From: Atractiella rhizophila
Lineage: Eukaryota
DNA length: 64,000 nt
NCBI GenBank assembly: GCA_021432655.1
Contig: MU271372.1
Location: forward strand, 1 to 64,000
Reading direction: 5' to 3'
Part shown: piece after piece, positions 11,726 through 25,399 of the stretch
How positions within the stretch are numbered: the stretch's first letter is position 1
How the letters are laid out: each line of letters starts with the position of its first letter
Made by a program: the position numbers and the translations under genes
The notes under the pieces: model-generated
The model's database searches: none
What the model was told of the DNA's origin: nothing
What the model saw: the letters and a program-made list of their open reading frames with translations, nothing else

Positions 11726-14700
11726 TTAAAACAACGATCTACAAAGGGGACAACTGCTTCCATGAGAAGTATTAAACCACTACGGAATAAAGGTCAGAGC
11801 CTAGAGCTTGGGTGGGGAGGAACGACCTACAGTGAACAGACAAGCTGCATGAAACTTGTTTTTGCACGTCCTACAGGTTTTGGTCGGCAACGACCTGTCG
11901 TTTACGTTGATAATCGAGTAGCAGATAGCGCACGCCTCTACCCCTTCGAAATGGAGGGAAACGTTGCGCTTGAACATTGCTAGTGCATCCGCTATCATCC
12001 CATTCTATCCATGCGGATATCGTCAATGTTCTGCAAGCAAGAGAGAAGGAGAGTTACCTGTCCATTTACTACTTGCTGAACAGCAAGCATCCAAGCTCTC
12101 CATGTGTCCTCCCGCACACCAATCTTCTGTACTTCCCTCACCTGAACAGTCTGGAGCGGCCAATCAGCCGGAATAAAGATTGCAATCTCTAGTTTCTGTT
12201 CATCTACCACATAGACCGCTTTGACCTCGTTGACGGCTGGGATGACCTTGATCGTGAAGTCCTCCTCTTTCTTAACGTTACTGGATTGGACAGACGAGAG
12301 TTCCCGATTGATGAGTAGAGGTGAGAAGTGTCGGGAGAGGAGGGAGCTGAACAAGGCAGACAACGAGCGGTCTTTACAATCCTCCCACCATGCCCGGATG
12401 AGAGAAGGGAAATGTTGGATGCCACGATATAGTACGAAGGCCGCAAATACTGACAGCGAAGATGGTTCATTTGCATCCAAATCTGTGGCACAGAAAACGA
12501 ATTAGCACTGGTCAGATTGAGGGGGAAATCGCACAATCGATCCAGAATTCATCAGTTTTCCACAGTGACAAGTCCACACGACGCTCTCGTTTCGTGAGGT
12601 GGAGGAGATGGAAGATGGAAGGTAAGAAGAAGGAGGAGATCAGATTGTTCGTTCGTAGTTGTTCCATGTACCTCAGCTTCAACTTGTAGGACTAGCGAAT
12701 CGACCTCAGCTAGAAGAAAAAGCAAAGGAAAGAAACCCACTGATTTCTCGACAAAGTCGAAGGCTGACATCCAGTTAAACAGGAAGCGAGATGCCTGTCC
12801 AATACATCGTTCGTTAGGTCATGGGTTCTGGTTTCTGCAACGCTGACGTGCCTGGTGATACTCCTCTCCGCTCGCCTCGTACACATTGAAGTCTACAAGG
12901 TTGCCTTTGAGCGCCACCAACAACTCTTCTGGTAAACCAAATAGCACTTTCTCCTCTGCAGAGCTCCCGAGCTCAGCTTCAATCGCTAGAAACTCTACTT
13001 GCTTGTTTACCAATGGAATGGACATTTGGTATGCTGTACGTTGAAGCTCGATAGTTCTCTGGGAGAAATTCGCGAGTAGCTGCTTCTAATATCAGACTTT
13101 TGAACTGATAAGAAGTGGAGGATGGTAGTATACTTTAGAGTATGTTTCCGGGAATGAAAGTGTTGCTAATGGATTGGAGTTCAGAATGGAGGAGAGGAGA
13201 CTAAGAATGGTTGATTGAACCTGAGTCTGTCTCATGGTTGAATTGACTAGGAAAGTCACATTAACATAGCAGTCAAATCCGACAGAAGACAAACCTGGTA
13301 AGGAGAGGAAGCATTCCCACAACAGTGATAATGTATCCGATATCTTCTTCTTGAGCGCAGTGCGAAGTTGCTTATTCATCTTCGTCAGCTCCAGAATAAC
13401 GTCAAACAGTCGAACTGAGTGCCAGAGCATGGGAAGGCTAGACAATTCTGTCCAAGATGCCATCTTTCCCAACGCAATGTGAACATTCACTGGCGGTGTA
13501 CACGAGAAATAGATCATACCTCAATATTTGTTTCGAGCAAATTAAAGAGGAAATCCCAGTGTTCTCCGTCTTCACTTTGCAATAGGGGAGCCAGCGACAC
13601 AAAAAGCTCCACAGTCCTCGTCTGGACCTCTTCGTTGAGATCATCCTCGATCCATTTGCGTAGTGTGTCCGCAATTGATAATGCACGCTCGGCTGAGAGG
13701 AAAGAATACGGAGAATCAACTGGAGGTTGGATCAAACATAGAGCGCGGAGTAGTTTTAAGCCTTTCCCACTCGCTTCTGCAACCGGAATGTTACAGAGGC
13801 GGGACGCAAGGTCATTGTGATATCGTTCGAAGCGTGGACTTTCGAATAAGCCGTCCTTTATTGCGTACAAGAGGGCATCAGCCAACACCGGAGCTGCAAC
13901 AAAATTCGCTTCAGCCTACGTCTTCACATGAGAAGAAGGGTACCTTCGTCTGTGAGGTTCTGAGCCAGTGCCAACCACCGGTCCAGCTCGCCATTATGCA
14001 GCTCTGCATACTTGATCAATCCCGTCATAATCACCGCAAAAATACGGCGTTCTGCTAAGTTCCCATCGGCGGCTGCCCTGATAGCAGCCCATTCGATGAC
14101 ATCGGCCAAATCTTTGGGTTCAGCATGGCGCACGTCACCCGATCCCAATCGACGTAGGCGACCGATTATCCCTTCGTGCCATTTGGAATCGAGCTCACGC
14201 GCGAAAGTGGACAACAAGTTGGACAAAACACCGCGGCAGATCTCTGCAACATTGGCGATGTCGCCGTCGGAAACTGTGGAGCCGAAAAAAGAGCTAGAGC
14301 CGCCACCACGAAGATAGTCTTCTGCTTGCATCCCTACAAAAGCAAGATGTTTGAAAAAGGGCAAGTTTCGATGCAGTGCCCTGGGATCCTCAGCAAAAAT
14401 AAAGGCAGAGAAGCAACAACAACGGGAGTAAGCTATTGCAGGAGGACGTTTGCTGGTGTCACTGGATTGGATGTCCAGTATTAGAGGGTCTAGAATGGAT
14501 AGCTCTGTTGGTGGATAAATAGTCCCGCATTCGTCAAAATACTGGTCCAGGCTGACACTGTCTGGGAGGAAACTTTTGAGCAGGTGTGTCGTGTCCTGAG
14601 CGGATTCTTGAAATGAAAAAAGAAACTGTGCTTGGGACGCTAATGAAAACGGGCTATGACACATGTATCAATGGCTGAGCAGCCAGAAGGTTGAGCACAA

Positions 14701-17700
14701 ACCTGATTCTAGATGAAGTTTCTAATAGCATCTCCCCACAGCGTTTAAGTGACATATCAACGGCCGCTTCACTATGACGCGACTTTAATAGTAGGCCCCA
14801 AACTTGTGAGGATAGTTGTGACCACCACGGCGGAATGCCAGCTTTCGGCACCAGTTGTTCGGTAAAGTGTGCTGCAATGAAGACGGATGAGGCGACATTG
14901 GAGGTGACGTTGGACGCAAAAATAAAATCCACTCCGCGAACATCATGGCAAATCGCAGTGAGGATAAGAAGAGCAGCTTTCGGCGCGGACCCTTGGATGA
15001 GAGAACTCTCTGCGGATAAGATCAGATTAGCTACTAGATCATCAAAGCAGGTTGTTGTGAGAAGGAGCAGCTGAGAAGACGTCGTTTCTGGGTCGATGAA
15101 AGGGACAGAATTCAAAATGAGATGCTGAATAAGTTCTAACCGGGAATCGTCTAGCGTTTCGTAGACGTGTTGATCGTTTAACAGAGCTCCAATTGTACGC
15201 AAGGAAAAATCGTCGAATAAAGACTGGGGAAGTTTCCCCGTGGGAAGTTGTGACTGCAGTCGTGTGAGATCGCGGAGAACGACGACCGCAACATCGTCAG
15301 GAGGGTCCTTTTTGAAAAGGAGCTGTGTCATTCCGGACCAGCTGGCAGAAGCATCGTCATCGTTGGACCGACGGAGGTACTCTAGATAGAGATCCAAAGA
15401 AGCCTGAATGTTTTTCTCAGAATGAGGCAGAAGGGACCACAACCCCTCTGTGAAAAGGTGGCGTGTCTCAGGGATGGAAAGGGAGATGTTGGATGTAGTT
15501 GGCGATTGCAGGAACAACTTTGCGAAATGCAACGTGCTCTGTGAAACGACGGGATATCTAGACACGAGAGCGAAACTTGTGGTGACGACCCGCCGGAGAA
15601 ATAAATCAATTGGTGGATCGTTAGCTGTAATATCTGAGGGCAGTAGGGAGCATAGGAACGCAGAGACGAAGGGTGAAGCAGCTTCATCGGAGGTGGCGGA
15701 CATCTGGAGAGAGTCTACAACATCATCTGAAATCTTCCGCCACAACTGTTCGCTTGCCATACCTGAACACGCAGCTTAAGTTCAGTTCATTCAAACATAC
15801 AGACAACTTACTAGATGATAGCTTTGCTAAGCGGACCAAACATTTGACAAATTCATCGGTCACGCCAGACCACCCCGTCGTGATAGCCTTCGCTCCAAGC
15901 ATGTCATCCCATATAGCCGCGAACCAACGTTGAGAGAGAGCTGACAGAACCACGTCGTCTTCTGGTTGACGAGCCTTCTGTTTCGAGAGAAGGTATACGA
16001 AGCACTCGAGAAACGAGGAAACAAAGGCAGCAAGGCCCCGAGAGCCAGAGGCGTCAATACTCCCAGTATTCCACGCAGAGGAGACGACGGCGAGAAAAGC
16101 ATCGATAGTGGCTTGCCTAATAGGAAGTATCTGGCATTTTGATCAGCCCCATCACTAACTAGATCCGCATGCTCACTCCATCAGGTAAGGTGGACAGTAT
16201 GATGATGACGACCGGGTAGTTTCCAACAGGGTTTCCGTTGCAGCCGACTTTCAGCCATTCTAGGAAGCGAGAGAGAGTTGCTGGAGGTTGGGACTCTGTT
16301 TCGGGGGCGAAAGCTTTGGCGGTCTCGTCCTTATCCTCTCCTTCGACATAGGTCCAAGCCTCAGGATGATCTACAGAAGAAAGGCCTGAGGCAAAATAAA
16401 GATGGAGCAATGTGGCGTACCTTTCAGAAAGGCGAGTAGTCCTGGCCAAATCGCTGACTGTACAGGAGGTTCCCACTCTTCCCAGGCAAAGCGAAGTACT
16501 CGGAGCGACAGGCTATGGACATTATTCTGCACAAATCCTGGATTTCAGTCAATTTTTGGTTGCGAACTAGATAACGCTCACGTTTTGCTCGGGGATTAGA
16601 TATCAAGCCCTTGGAAAATAGCTCCCACAATGCGGTTCGAACAGGAGGTGCACGACTAGGCAGAAATTTGGACCGCTTCCCTCTTCTGCTCCATTGGCGG
16701 CCATTGAAGATATCCCAAAAATCATTACTAGCGAGCAAGGCACTAAATGATTCGACAAAAGCTTCTTCTTGATCGTCGGCAGCAACATCCAGCCCTATAT
16801 TTCTCACCAATTAATGCGCTGAACTGCACAACAGACTCACTCATGAGCCAACTTAAAGCGTCGACCGCAGAGACAGCCTTGTTTATCATGGCAACACGCT
16901 CCTCCTCGCTTGACTCGTCGGATTCATCAGATGGATGAGCAGAGAGTAGGGTTTCCATGAACTCAATCAGGGTTGGCACATATTCCTCTAGACCATAAAA
17001 TTCGTCGTTGAGGACTCTGAGCATGCTGCTCCAGCTTTCTTGCCCTCTGCTTCGAATGGTCTTGTCGGAATCAAACGCATTGAGGCACCACGACCCGATA
17101 TAAGTTGGATTGGTAAGGTTGACAGGCGATACTAAAAAGGAAGAAGAGATGGCGGAAGATGTGAGAGAGGCTTGGACCGCGGTTGTGAGCGAGCGAATCC
17201 GCCGTGACGCATGCAGTACAAGTCGTGGGAATTGATAAGCCTGATATGGTGTCAGAATGGATCACACAATCAATCAAGCAAGGTTAATGCAACCAAAATG
17301 CTCCTCTCCATCGCCTTCTAGAAAAGGACTTACCCAAACTCCCAGAACCTCCTCACTGACACTCCCTCCCCCTTCTTGTGTGCCCTCAACCCAAGTCTTA
17401 AACTCCTCCATCCCCCTGTCCACTGTCCTCTCATCTCTCTTCCCCAACTTCTTAAGTACAATGTAAAGCTCCGGATCTTCCCTCTGCAAATTAGGCGCGA
17501 GTGAATCGACAGGATCGTAACCTTTTGGGCGAGTCGGTGGAACATACTTTTTCGGAGGGGGAGGAGCGGCAGACTTCTTGAGCTCCTTTTTGGAGGGCTT
17601 CTTTTTCTTTGCCAGCACTTCACCTTGCCCTCCTTTCGGTCCATCTGCTCGTGCTTGCGGTCCATCTCCCCCTGCAGCCCCCATTCCGTCACCCAACGTG

Positions 17701-17852
17701 TCTTCTCCCTCTCCCTCTCCCCCTTCAACAGCCTCAGAGATATCACCAATCGGAGTGGCAGCAGACGACGCCTTTTCCGCTTTGTGAGCAGCCTTCTTGG
17801 CGTGCTTTTTGCGGGTAGCAGACGAAGCAGAAGAACGCGTTTTCGGCGGCAT
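11726..17852 (-). CDS. LTN1: E3 ubiquitin ligase listerin (ribosome quality control)
   Basis: N-terminal LKKLGKRDERT motif, long helical-repeat body, RWD-like region (IPADWPL) and C-terminal RING HFEGVEACAICYS..CRTCKNKFHAACLF/WFNTSHGSSCPLCRSLF*. Multi-exon. Confidence 0.95.
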
Positions 17853-18239
17853 TTGGGGCGATGAGTAGAGTGTTTCTGGGACGGCGCAGAGGTTTTTGTG
17901 CTGATAGCCGACTGTTTAAATATCGCGACGCCAGGCAGTACAGGCAGTACGCTGGGTAGTGATTCGAGTTCGTTGATTCGTGGTGTTAGTTTGATCGATC
18001 GATCGGGAAGATGACACAACCGCAGCTGTTAAGCAAATGTCTTCAGCCAAAAAGGGCATTCATCATCAATAGTAAAGAAAATGGCTGGTGGAAGAATCGT
18101 GTACGGTTGGATTAGTACAGTTTGTGCGGGAGCAGGGGAGTGGGATGCAGTAACATGAGTGCTATTCAGCTAATTAGACAAATTAGATCTCCTCAATCTA
18201 TACACAGAAGTGTCCATCTATCCGCAAGGTGACAGAGAG

Positions 18240-20396
18240 TTAGCTATCGAAGCGTTGATAACTTCGCTCCTCTTTTCCGACTGCTCGCTCATCTAAGCCC
18301 ATCTCGTCCAACATGTCCTGACTCCTTCCAGGTCCCAAACTCCATTCTGCCGTCCCACGTTCCATCTTGCTGGCGCTAGTGGTCATGGGCAGTTGCTCAG
18401 ACGTCCCTGTACCAGCTACGCCATACATATAATCTTGTTGAGGCCGGCGGTGGGAACGCACGCCTCCTTTGGAGGCATCAAGGGCGAAAACATCGGCAAG
18501 ATCGAACTTTTCAGCAGCTGTTTCGTTAAAGGGCAAGTCAGACCGTTTGAAGAAGGACAGAAGGGTTTACGCACTCTCAACGGCTCTTCGCTCTGTCTTC
18601 GATGAGGTGTAAGCCTTTCCTCTGACTTTGTCAACGAAAAAATGCGAGGCGTAGTAAAAGTCGATTATGAAATCCGTATAACTGACAATTTGGAAAAGCG
18701 TCAGTTCTTTCTGCCAAAGGATAAAAACGGAGAGCATGCTTTTGCGAGTGCAGGAAGCTTTTCCAGAATGATGTCGGTGGCCGCTCATCCTGAATGACGA
18801 GTTTGTATTCATGGTAGTTGAAAGCCCAAAACTGCAGCAGAGAAAAGAGAACCATCTGGAGTGCAGGCGGAGTGAGTGATCGTCATGAGAGTAAGACGGA
18901 AAGAAGGAACGCACCTCGATCGTAGTACAGAGCGCGTTTAAACCATTGGAGATGTTACTGACAGTCCAGTATTCGGTCGCGGTGATGACGTTGTAATGCG
19001 CGAGAACAGTGAAGACGAATCCTTGATAGAAAGTAAGGAAGATTGACTGCGCTCAACATCGTATGACATAGTAGCTTGGAGGTTGAAAACAGGGACGCAC
19101 AAGCTTGATGGTCAAGAACTTGGCGAGGGGACGGCGGCCTTCCAAGTCTTCCTTTGCAAGCCCGTATAGCACCAACTAAAAGGCATTTTAAGTCGAACGC
19201 GTTAGAAGTGTGGAACGCGACCTACTAGCCCGTAAAGAGCAACCGAGACAATGACGAAATCAATGGACAAGATATACTGCCAATTAATGGTCAGCCAATG
19301 TCTTTCACCAAAGTAAAGGAGCATACCACATGCGCGAAATGATAACTCATGCTCTCAACACAATAAACATTGAACGCCTCCGTGATTACGCTAGCCAGCG
19401 ATTCCAGCGGTTTAAGAAAAACGAATTGTAGAACGCTCCACTTGATGGCCCAAAGGAAGTAAGGCTTGGAAGGACGATATCGCCAACAGCAGAAGGGGAG
19501 GGGAAGTGACTGTTTCTCTTTCTTCATCATTGCTTCTCGTTGTTCGATCGGAGACTGTCCGACGTAGAGGAGGATGAGGACGAGGAAGGCGGCGATCGCG
19601 AAGGCTACGAATTTGGCATCGGAATTCTGGAAACAGAGCAAAAGTGGAAGCACGAACCCTCGTATGTGTCACGCACGACCTCAAAATAGCTGTACAAGAG
19701 GTTAGCTTAGTTCGCTTGACCCAGTAGAAGAACTCACGTATATTCCCTGAAAAACCGATAGCCCAGGAACGATATGATTGCATATACTGGTGGCATGAGG
19801 AGTATTCGAATTACCTGCCGTTGTTCCATTCTACCGAGAAGGTAAAGTTAATTAACTTGACGGAATAATAGGGGCACAACTGGACGAAGCTCTTTCCAAG
19901 CAATAGGAATGCAAAAGGAAGTAGTTTACGGTCATGGTACCATAAACTTCAGCCATTGTAGGCCTCTAGCGCTGTTATGTAGCGGCAGCTGTTGGCAGGG
20001 AATTGCCAGCCGGTGCTAGCAGTAAAGAGGCACAGCTCAATCACTTAACGGCGAAAGTTGCAATGTGTCATCAATATCCAGAGCTCGTTGTTGCGTGCAG
20101 GCAAGCGGGGGATGTAACGAGCCGAGCCGAATCGCACACTGTCCCTAAGGCAGAGCTCCGCCGGACTCTCAACTCCCAATATGCAATTTCCAGTAACTCA
20201 AATCAGCTACTCACGGCTTCCTATAATTCCTGCAGTGACCCCAAATATTTACGCTAGAAATGATGGTGCTCAAGAGAGCACAACCACCCGCGATGGCCCA
20301 TCCAATTCTGTGAGCATCCCAATGAATCCCACTCTCATCCCAAAAATCGGTTTGGTCTTTCTCGAGCGTGTTTTCAGAGGGACAAGTTTCTGCCAT
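18240..20396 (-). CDS. Organic solute transporter OSTalpha/TMEM184 family membrane protein
   Basis: HCRNYRKPMEQRQVIRILLMPPVYAIISFL, IKWSVLQFVFLKP, PLAKFLTIKL, IFLTFYQGFVF motifs. Multi-exon. Confidence 0.92.
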
Positions 20397-20946
20397 GGTG
20401 GATGAAGCTTTGCTTTGCGCAAAAGGACAGCGTTGCGGAAGCGTAAATGCGCTTGTGCTATTTTTGGACACGTGCAGAAAGAATACTATACTGTATACCG
20501 CCTTGACTGACAATAGGGATACCCTTGAGACAATGTCTATCTTGTGCCATATTGCTTCCAGACTTAACAAATGTTTTCTATGTGGTAACAATGAAGCTAT
20601 TATAGAGATGTGTTGAAAGTGTACAGTGTCTACAGCTCTCTCATTGTAGAAACTTTCGATCATGAGGGAAACGCTCCGAAGAAGAGATAGTAGTGTGGAT
20701 CCAAGTTTTTACTGAAACATAGAAAGCGACCTGAGCAAATGCCAGTTCTCATAACTCCCGTCACTACTAACAAGACACGGATCTGTAAGCACTGCAAATG
20801 TGAGCCACAAAAGCAACTAGAATACATTTCATTTGTACTTAAGCGAAATAACTTCACCTGCAAATGTGTCACAAAAGCGATGGGACTCACACTGCAGGGG
20901 TCTTACATATTTGTGAAAAATATCACCGTAGCCCGTCACCGTTCCT

Positions 20947-21053
20947 TGAGCTGATTATCAAGCAACAGAAGAAGAAAAGGGAAAGAGAAAAGGTCACAAG
21001 ACCAAAATGTTGTAGGAAGTGAGAAATGGGAATGTACAAATGTCCATCAAACA
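20947..21053 (-). repeat. 3' LTR of copia element, preceded by polypurine tract GAGGGGG (21054-21060)
   Basis: TG...CA ends on the minus strand; direct repeat of 24489-24594. Confidence 0.85.
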
Positions 21054-24000
21054 CCCCCTCACATTCATATTTCATGGATCTTTCACTCATTCGTCATCCC
21101 AATTTTACTCATTGCTCCTTCCAACTTCATCTTGCTTATTCCCTTTGTAAGGATATCTGCTGGAAGTTCCTTCGTACCCATGTATTGAAGTTCGATTGTT
21201 CGATTAGAGACACATTCATATGTATAGTGGACTGGGACATCAATATGCTTGGTTTGTTGTCTGAAGATAAGGTTGTTGGGAAGTTGATGAGAACCAAGGT
21301 TGTCACCGTAGAAGTGATGGGAGAAGCAAGAGGGATTTGGAGATCCTTGAAGAGATTCCCAATCCACGATGCTTCTCTTGTGGCTGACGACAGTGCAACG
21401 TATTCGGCCCCATTGATGACAACGTAACTAGAGATTGTTTCTTGCTCTTCCAAATTACTGCTCCTCCAGCACACGTAAAGAGCGTTCCCATAATGGACCT
21501 TCGATCGTAGCTGGCAACAAGGCCTTTCAGCCCAATTTGGTATGTGAGTTTTGCATTGCTAGCTCCCCAACGATAATGAAAGAACCTTTTCACAGCTTGC
21601 CAATGGTGCGGAAGAGGATTTTCACTAAATTGTGAAACTTGAGTGACAGTGAAAGCGATATCAGGACAGGTTGCAAGCGTGATGTACATCAAGCATCCTA
21701 TTACTTCTCAATATCGACCTTCCCAAGCCTTCAGTACGATGCTCGTGCGATCCCACTTTCTTCCTCATCCTCCGATCAAGTTTTCCACCAACCCCAAAAG
21801 GAATCACAACTGGCTTGCAATTTTCCATTCCAAACCTCTGCAAAAGATGCTCAATGTAGGCTTTTTGATCTATGGAGATGGTGGAAGAGGTTTGGGTAAT
21901 ATGAATGCCCAAGAATTGGTGAGCTAGTCCCAGATCTCGCACCTTGTAGCACTTTCTGAGTCCTTCACACCTTCCACCTCGTTTTTGCTTTCGGCAAAAA
22001 TCAGCATGTCGTCTACGTATATTGCAACTATTGAGTATTCTCCCGTCTTTTCATTCTTCCGCACATAAATCGTGGCTTCAGACATGCACCGGCGGAAACC
22101 CAGGCTCCTCAGATCTTCATCTGCTCTTTCGTTCCAAACGCGACCACTTTGGTACAGACCGTACACCGCTTTCATAACCTTAAGCACCAATCCGGATGAT
22201 CAGGGTCTTTCCATCCTTTGGGTGGTCTTAGGTATACTGGTTCGTCCAGCTTTCCTTAGAGGTAGCTGTTGATATGTTGACCATGTGAACGAGCCATTGA
22301 TCTGATGCTGCAAGGGATAGAAGGAGTCGGAACGATGGCATTGAGAGGACGGACGAGAAAGTCTCGCCATAATCGATTCCTTCTTGTTGAGTGTAACCTC
22401 GAGCCACGACGCATGCATGGAAACGAACAGTTTCACTATTCTGACCCACGTTCTCCTTCAAAACCCACTTCGAATCAACGATGGTCTTATTGGAGGTGGT
22501 GGAACCATTTCACGACTTCCCTTTCTCTCCAGGACTCTTTTGCCTCATCACACGCTCTCTGCCACTCTGCAGCGTTTGCTCCTGCCATTACTTCTTCATA
22601 CATTGGTTCAAGATTGCGTTCACCGACGGTAACACGAGCGACAGTTTTGGAGACACGTTTCCGCTGAAGTACTTCGTCCTCGTTTCTTGTTCGGCTTCTG
22701 CAGGAGTATGCCAAGTGCATTTAGGGTGATCATGGCGTGGAGCCTGTTCTTGCTTCGACTCGGCAGGTGCTTCTACAGGCTCCACTTTCTCCTCTTCTTC
22801 CACTGATTCTCCCCTTGAACTACAGCTTCCGGTTCACTTTCTTCTGGTGGAGGAAGCTCATCAGTCTCGTTAGGAGCTATCATGGGTATCTGAAGAAGTG
22901 TAGGAGGGTATTTCTCATCAAATTGAACGTGGAAATGCCTTGTTACTGACCCATTCTTTGGGTTATAGATTCGGAAGGTCTTGCTCTCCCAATCGTATCC
23001 AAGCAATTTCCCTTCTGTCCACCTTACATCGAGTTTCTGTTGATTCAGTTCTGGAAGGACTAAGCTGTACATTCTACAGCCTAGTACACGAAGGTGGTCA
23101 ACTGACGGCTTCTTTTCGGTCCAGGCTTCGTAAGGTGTCTTTCTGTTGAGCGCAGAAGTAGGGCAGCTGTTGATGATATGGACTGCAGAGACACAAGCCC
23201 TTCCCACATCTTCTTCGGAAGGTCAGAGGTGTGGAGGGTCAAACGGATGATGTTTGATGTTTACTATCCTGAGATTCAATCGTTTGGCAGCACCATTTTG
23301 CTGGGGAGTGTACATAGCACTGAATTCATGTTTGATACCATGAGTCTTCCATCAGATTTCACAATCATTCCTTGCCTGTTAGAGGAGAAGAGGATGTCAC
23401 ACGATTTGAGGATCATAGAGGACATTGGTGAGTAGGATTGTTCGTTCCACTCTGGCAACTCCAGTCTTGATTTTGACTGTATCAATGCCAACAGCTTTCG
23501 ATGAACGACCATGGAACGAGTGGATGGCACATGAGTGACATTCGAGCGAGGAAAACCAATCAATGGTTGGCACAATGTGATCCATTGGTGCGGAAGTGAC
23601 ATAGATTACTGTACGACTGGCATCCCCACCTGCAACTGTTGCCAGCGCCTCTGACAGCTTCGCATCGACCGGTCTCTCCCCTTCCTCTCTCTTCTTCTTG
23701 CGGCACTCTCTCTGCCAGTGCCCTTCAACTGCCCCTGCCCTTCAACTGCCCTTCAATGCCGCAATAGTGGTTTCCTCTCCTCTGCCCCGACTTCGACTTC
23801 TCCGCTCCTTCACCGCTACTTTCACTGTCCAATTTGGTGAGTTTCTTTCCTTTCTCCCAGGTCTTTCTCACTAACGCCTCACTTGTAGCGTTCGACAACT
23901 CTGAAAGAGGAGATAACATCAATCCAGAAGGGTGGAAGAGAAATAAGGAGGAGCATAACGATATCAATGTCGTCAGTTTTGTCCTCCACTGCTTTCAACT

Positions 24001-24488
24001 CCTGCCCCATTCTTCGCATTCGATTGACATGTTCGTGCATAGATTCACCTTCGACATACTTCGTCGTGTACAGCTTTTGACGAAGCAGGACCCGGGCTTG
24101 ACGATCCTGAGAATGGTACAACACCTTCAGTTTCTCCCAGACGGCCTTTGGATCCTCAATAGCAATGTCACGGATGTCAGTGTGTACGTGGTCCTTAAGT
24201 TTCAATAATGATCGAGTATGCCAGGTACGTGCGTTTCGTCCAATCTTTCTGGGCGGCTTCAGCTTTTGCCGCTTCATCTGCCTGTTTCGCTTGATCACCT
24301 CTGAGATTTGCGGGCTTGAGATCCGTCCCAGCAATGATCCCCCAGCAGTTCCTCCCAATAATTTGGCTTGGACTCTGAAGAACCATATGTGATAGTTCCC
24401 TCTCCCTTCGAGTTTAAGGATAGACGATGTAGGAATGAATTGGGTTCCAACATTGACATTACTCATTGAGAAAACTACTGCTGAAGAT

Positions 24489-24594
24489 TGAGCTGATTAT
24501 CTAGCACTAGAAGAAGAAAAAGGGAAAGAGAAAAAGTCACAAGAGCAAAATGCCGTAGGAAGTAAGAAATTGGAATGCGCAAATGTCCATCAAC
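24489..24594 (-). repeat. 5' LTR of copia element (outer end damaged)
   Basis: tgagctgattatc..gaagaagaaaagggaaagagaaaa..aaatgtccatcaa matches 20947-21053 with multiple substitutions. Confidence 0.85.
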
Positions 24595-25399
24595 TACTTC
24601 AGCACATAAAGAGGCTCATGAGCATATAGGAGGGCCTGCTGACTATGAAGAGGGATCACAAAAGTTAGGTCATTCTGATTGAACTAACTCAAACTGTTAT
24701 GAACATAGATAGATTAGATGCAGTAAGATAATGGACAAAGAATGATAACAGTTAATACTTGAGTAAACTTGAGAACATTGAGAACATACTATCCCTAATA
24801 AATGCTGGGGAACTAAGGGATGTACTAAAATGGCAACAACATCTAAGAAGGGAAATTTAACAATGTGGGCTTAACTGTAAGAGTAGTTAACCTCTTGATT
24901 CTTCCTTCCATATGTCAGGGCGGACGCAAAGATGTGTGAGAATGAGACGTGTCAGGTCGCATACTGTAAGGACAATGCTAAGCAGAAATCCTGAGAGAAC
25001 AAACTAGGTCTCTCAGGGGGTTCTTCTTGCCTATATACATAAAAGGCTGCATAGGTTCAAACAATAACTCTAACTCTATCTGAGAGACGGGGCAAAGATC
25101 ACGTGATATGTAGGGCAAAAGAGGTGGGGAAACAGAAACACAAATAAAGCAGCACAAACATAGATCGAGCCCATGGTTCCAAATAAGCTGAAATAGGTGA
25201 TCCTGTCTTACATCTACGACAGGGTCAGCAGGCCTTATCATATGTCACCTTCCTTGCTAGACAAGTGTAATAAGAGGTGCCTTTCTTAGCCCATCTGCTT
25301 TTCAGGGAAGAAGGAAGGGCTCAGAGATCAGGAAAAAAAGAGGGGAGATCGTCATATTAGACTTGCGAGGGCTATGGGGTTTAGCAGGAAGGGTTGTAT

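Larger units (their letters stand above)
20947..24594 (-). mobile_element. Decayed Ty1/copia LTR retrotransposon (gag-PR-partial IN-RT-RNaseH), frameshifted
   Basis: Gag (LEGRGNYHIWF, LLISLPPFW), zinc-knuckle remnant, protease (AVGIDTVKI..TNVLYDP), integrase YTPQQNG and TPYEAWTEKKPSVDHLRVLGC, RT VARGYTQQEGIDYGETFS and AIYVDDMLI, RNase H ADILTK. Two ~106-bp LTRs. Confidence 0.95.

Noticed and set aside
20940..24602. Target-site duplication and tRNA primer-binding site for the copia element
   Set aside because: The flanks (ttcct vs tactt) do not match and no TGG-starting PBS follows the 5' LTR.
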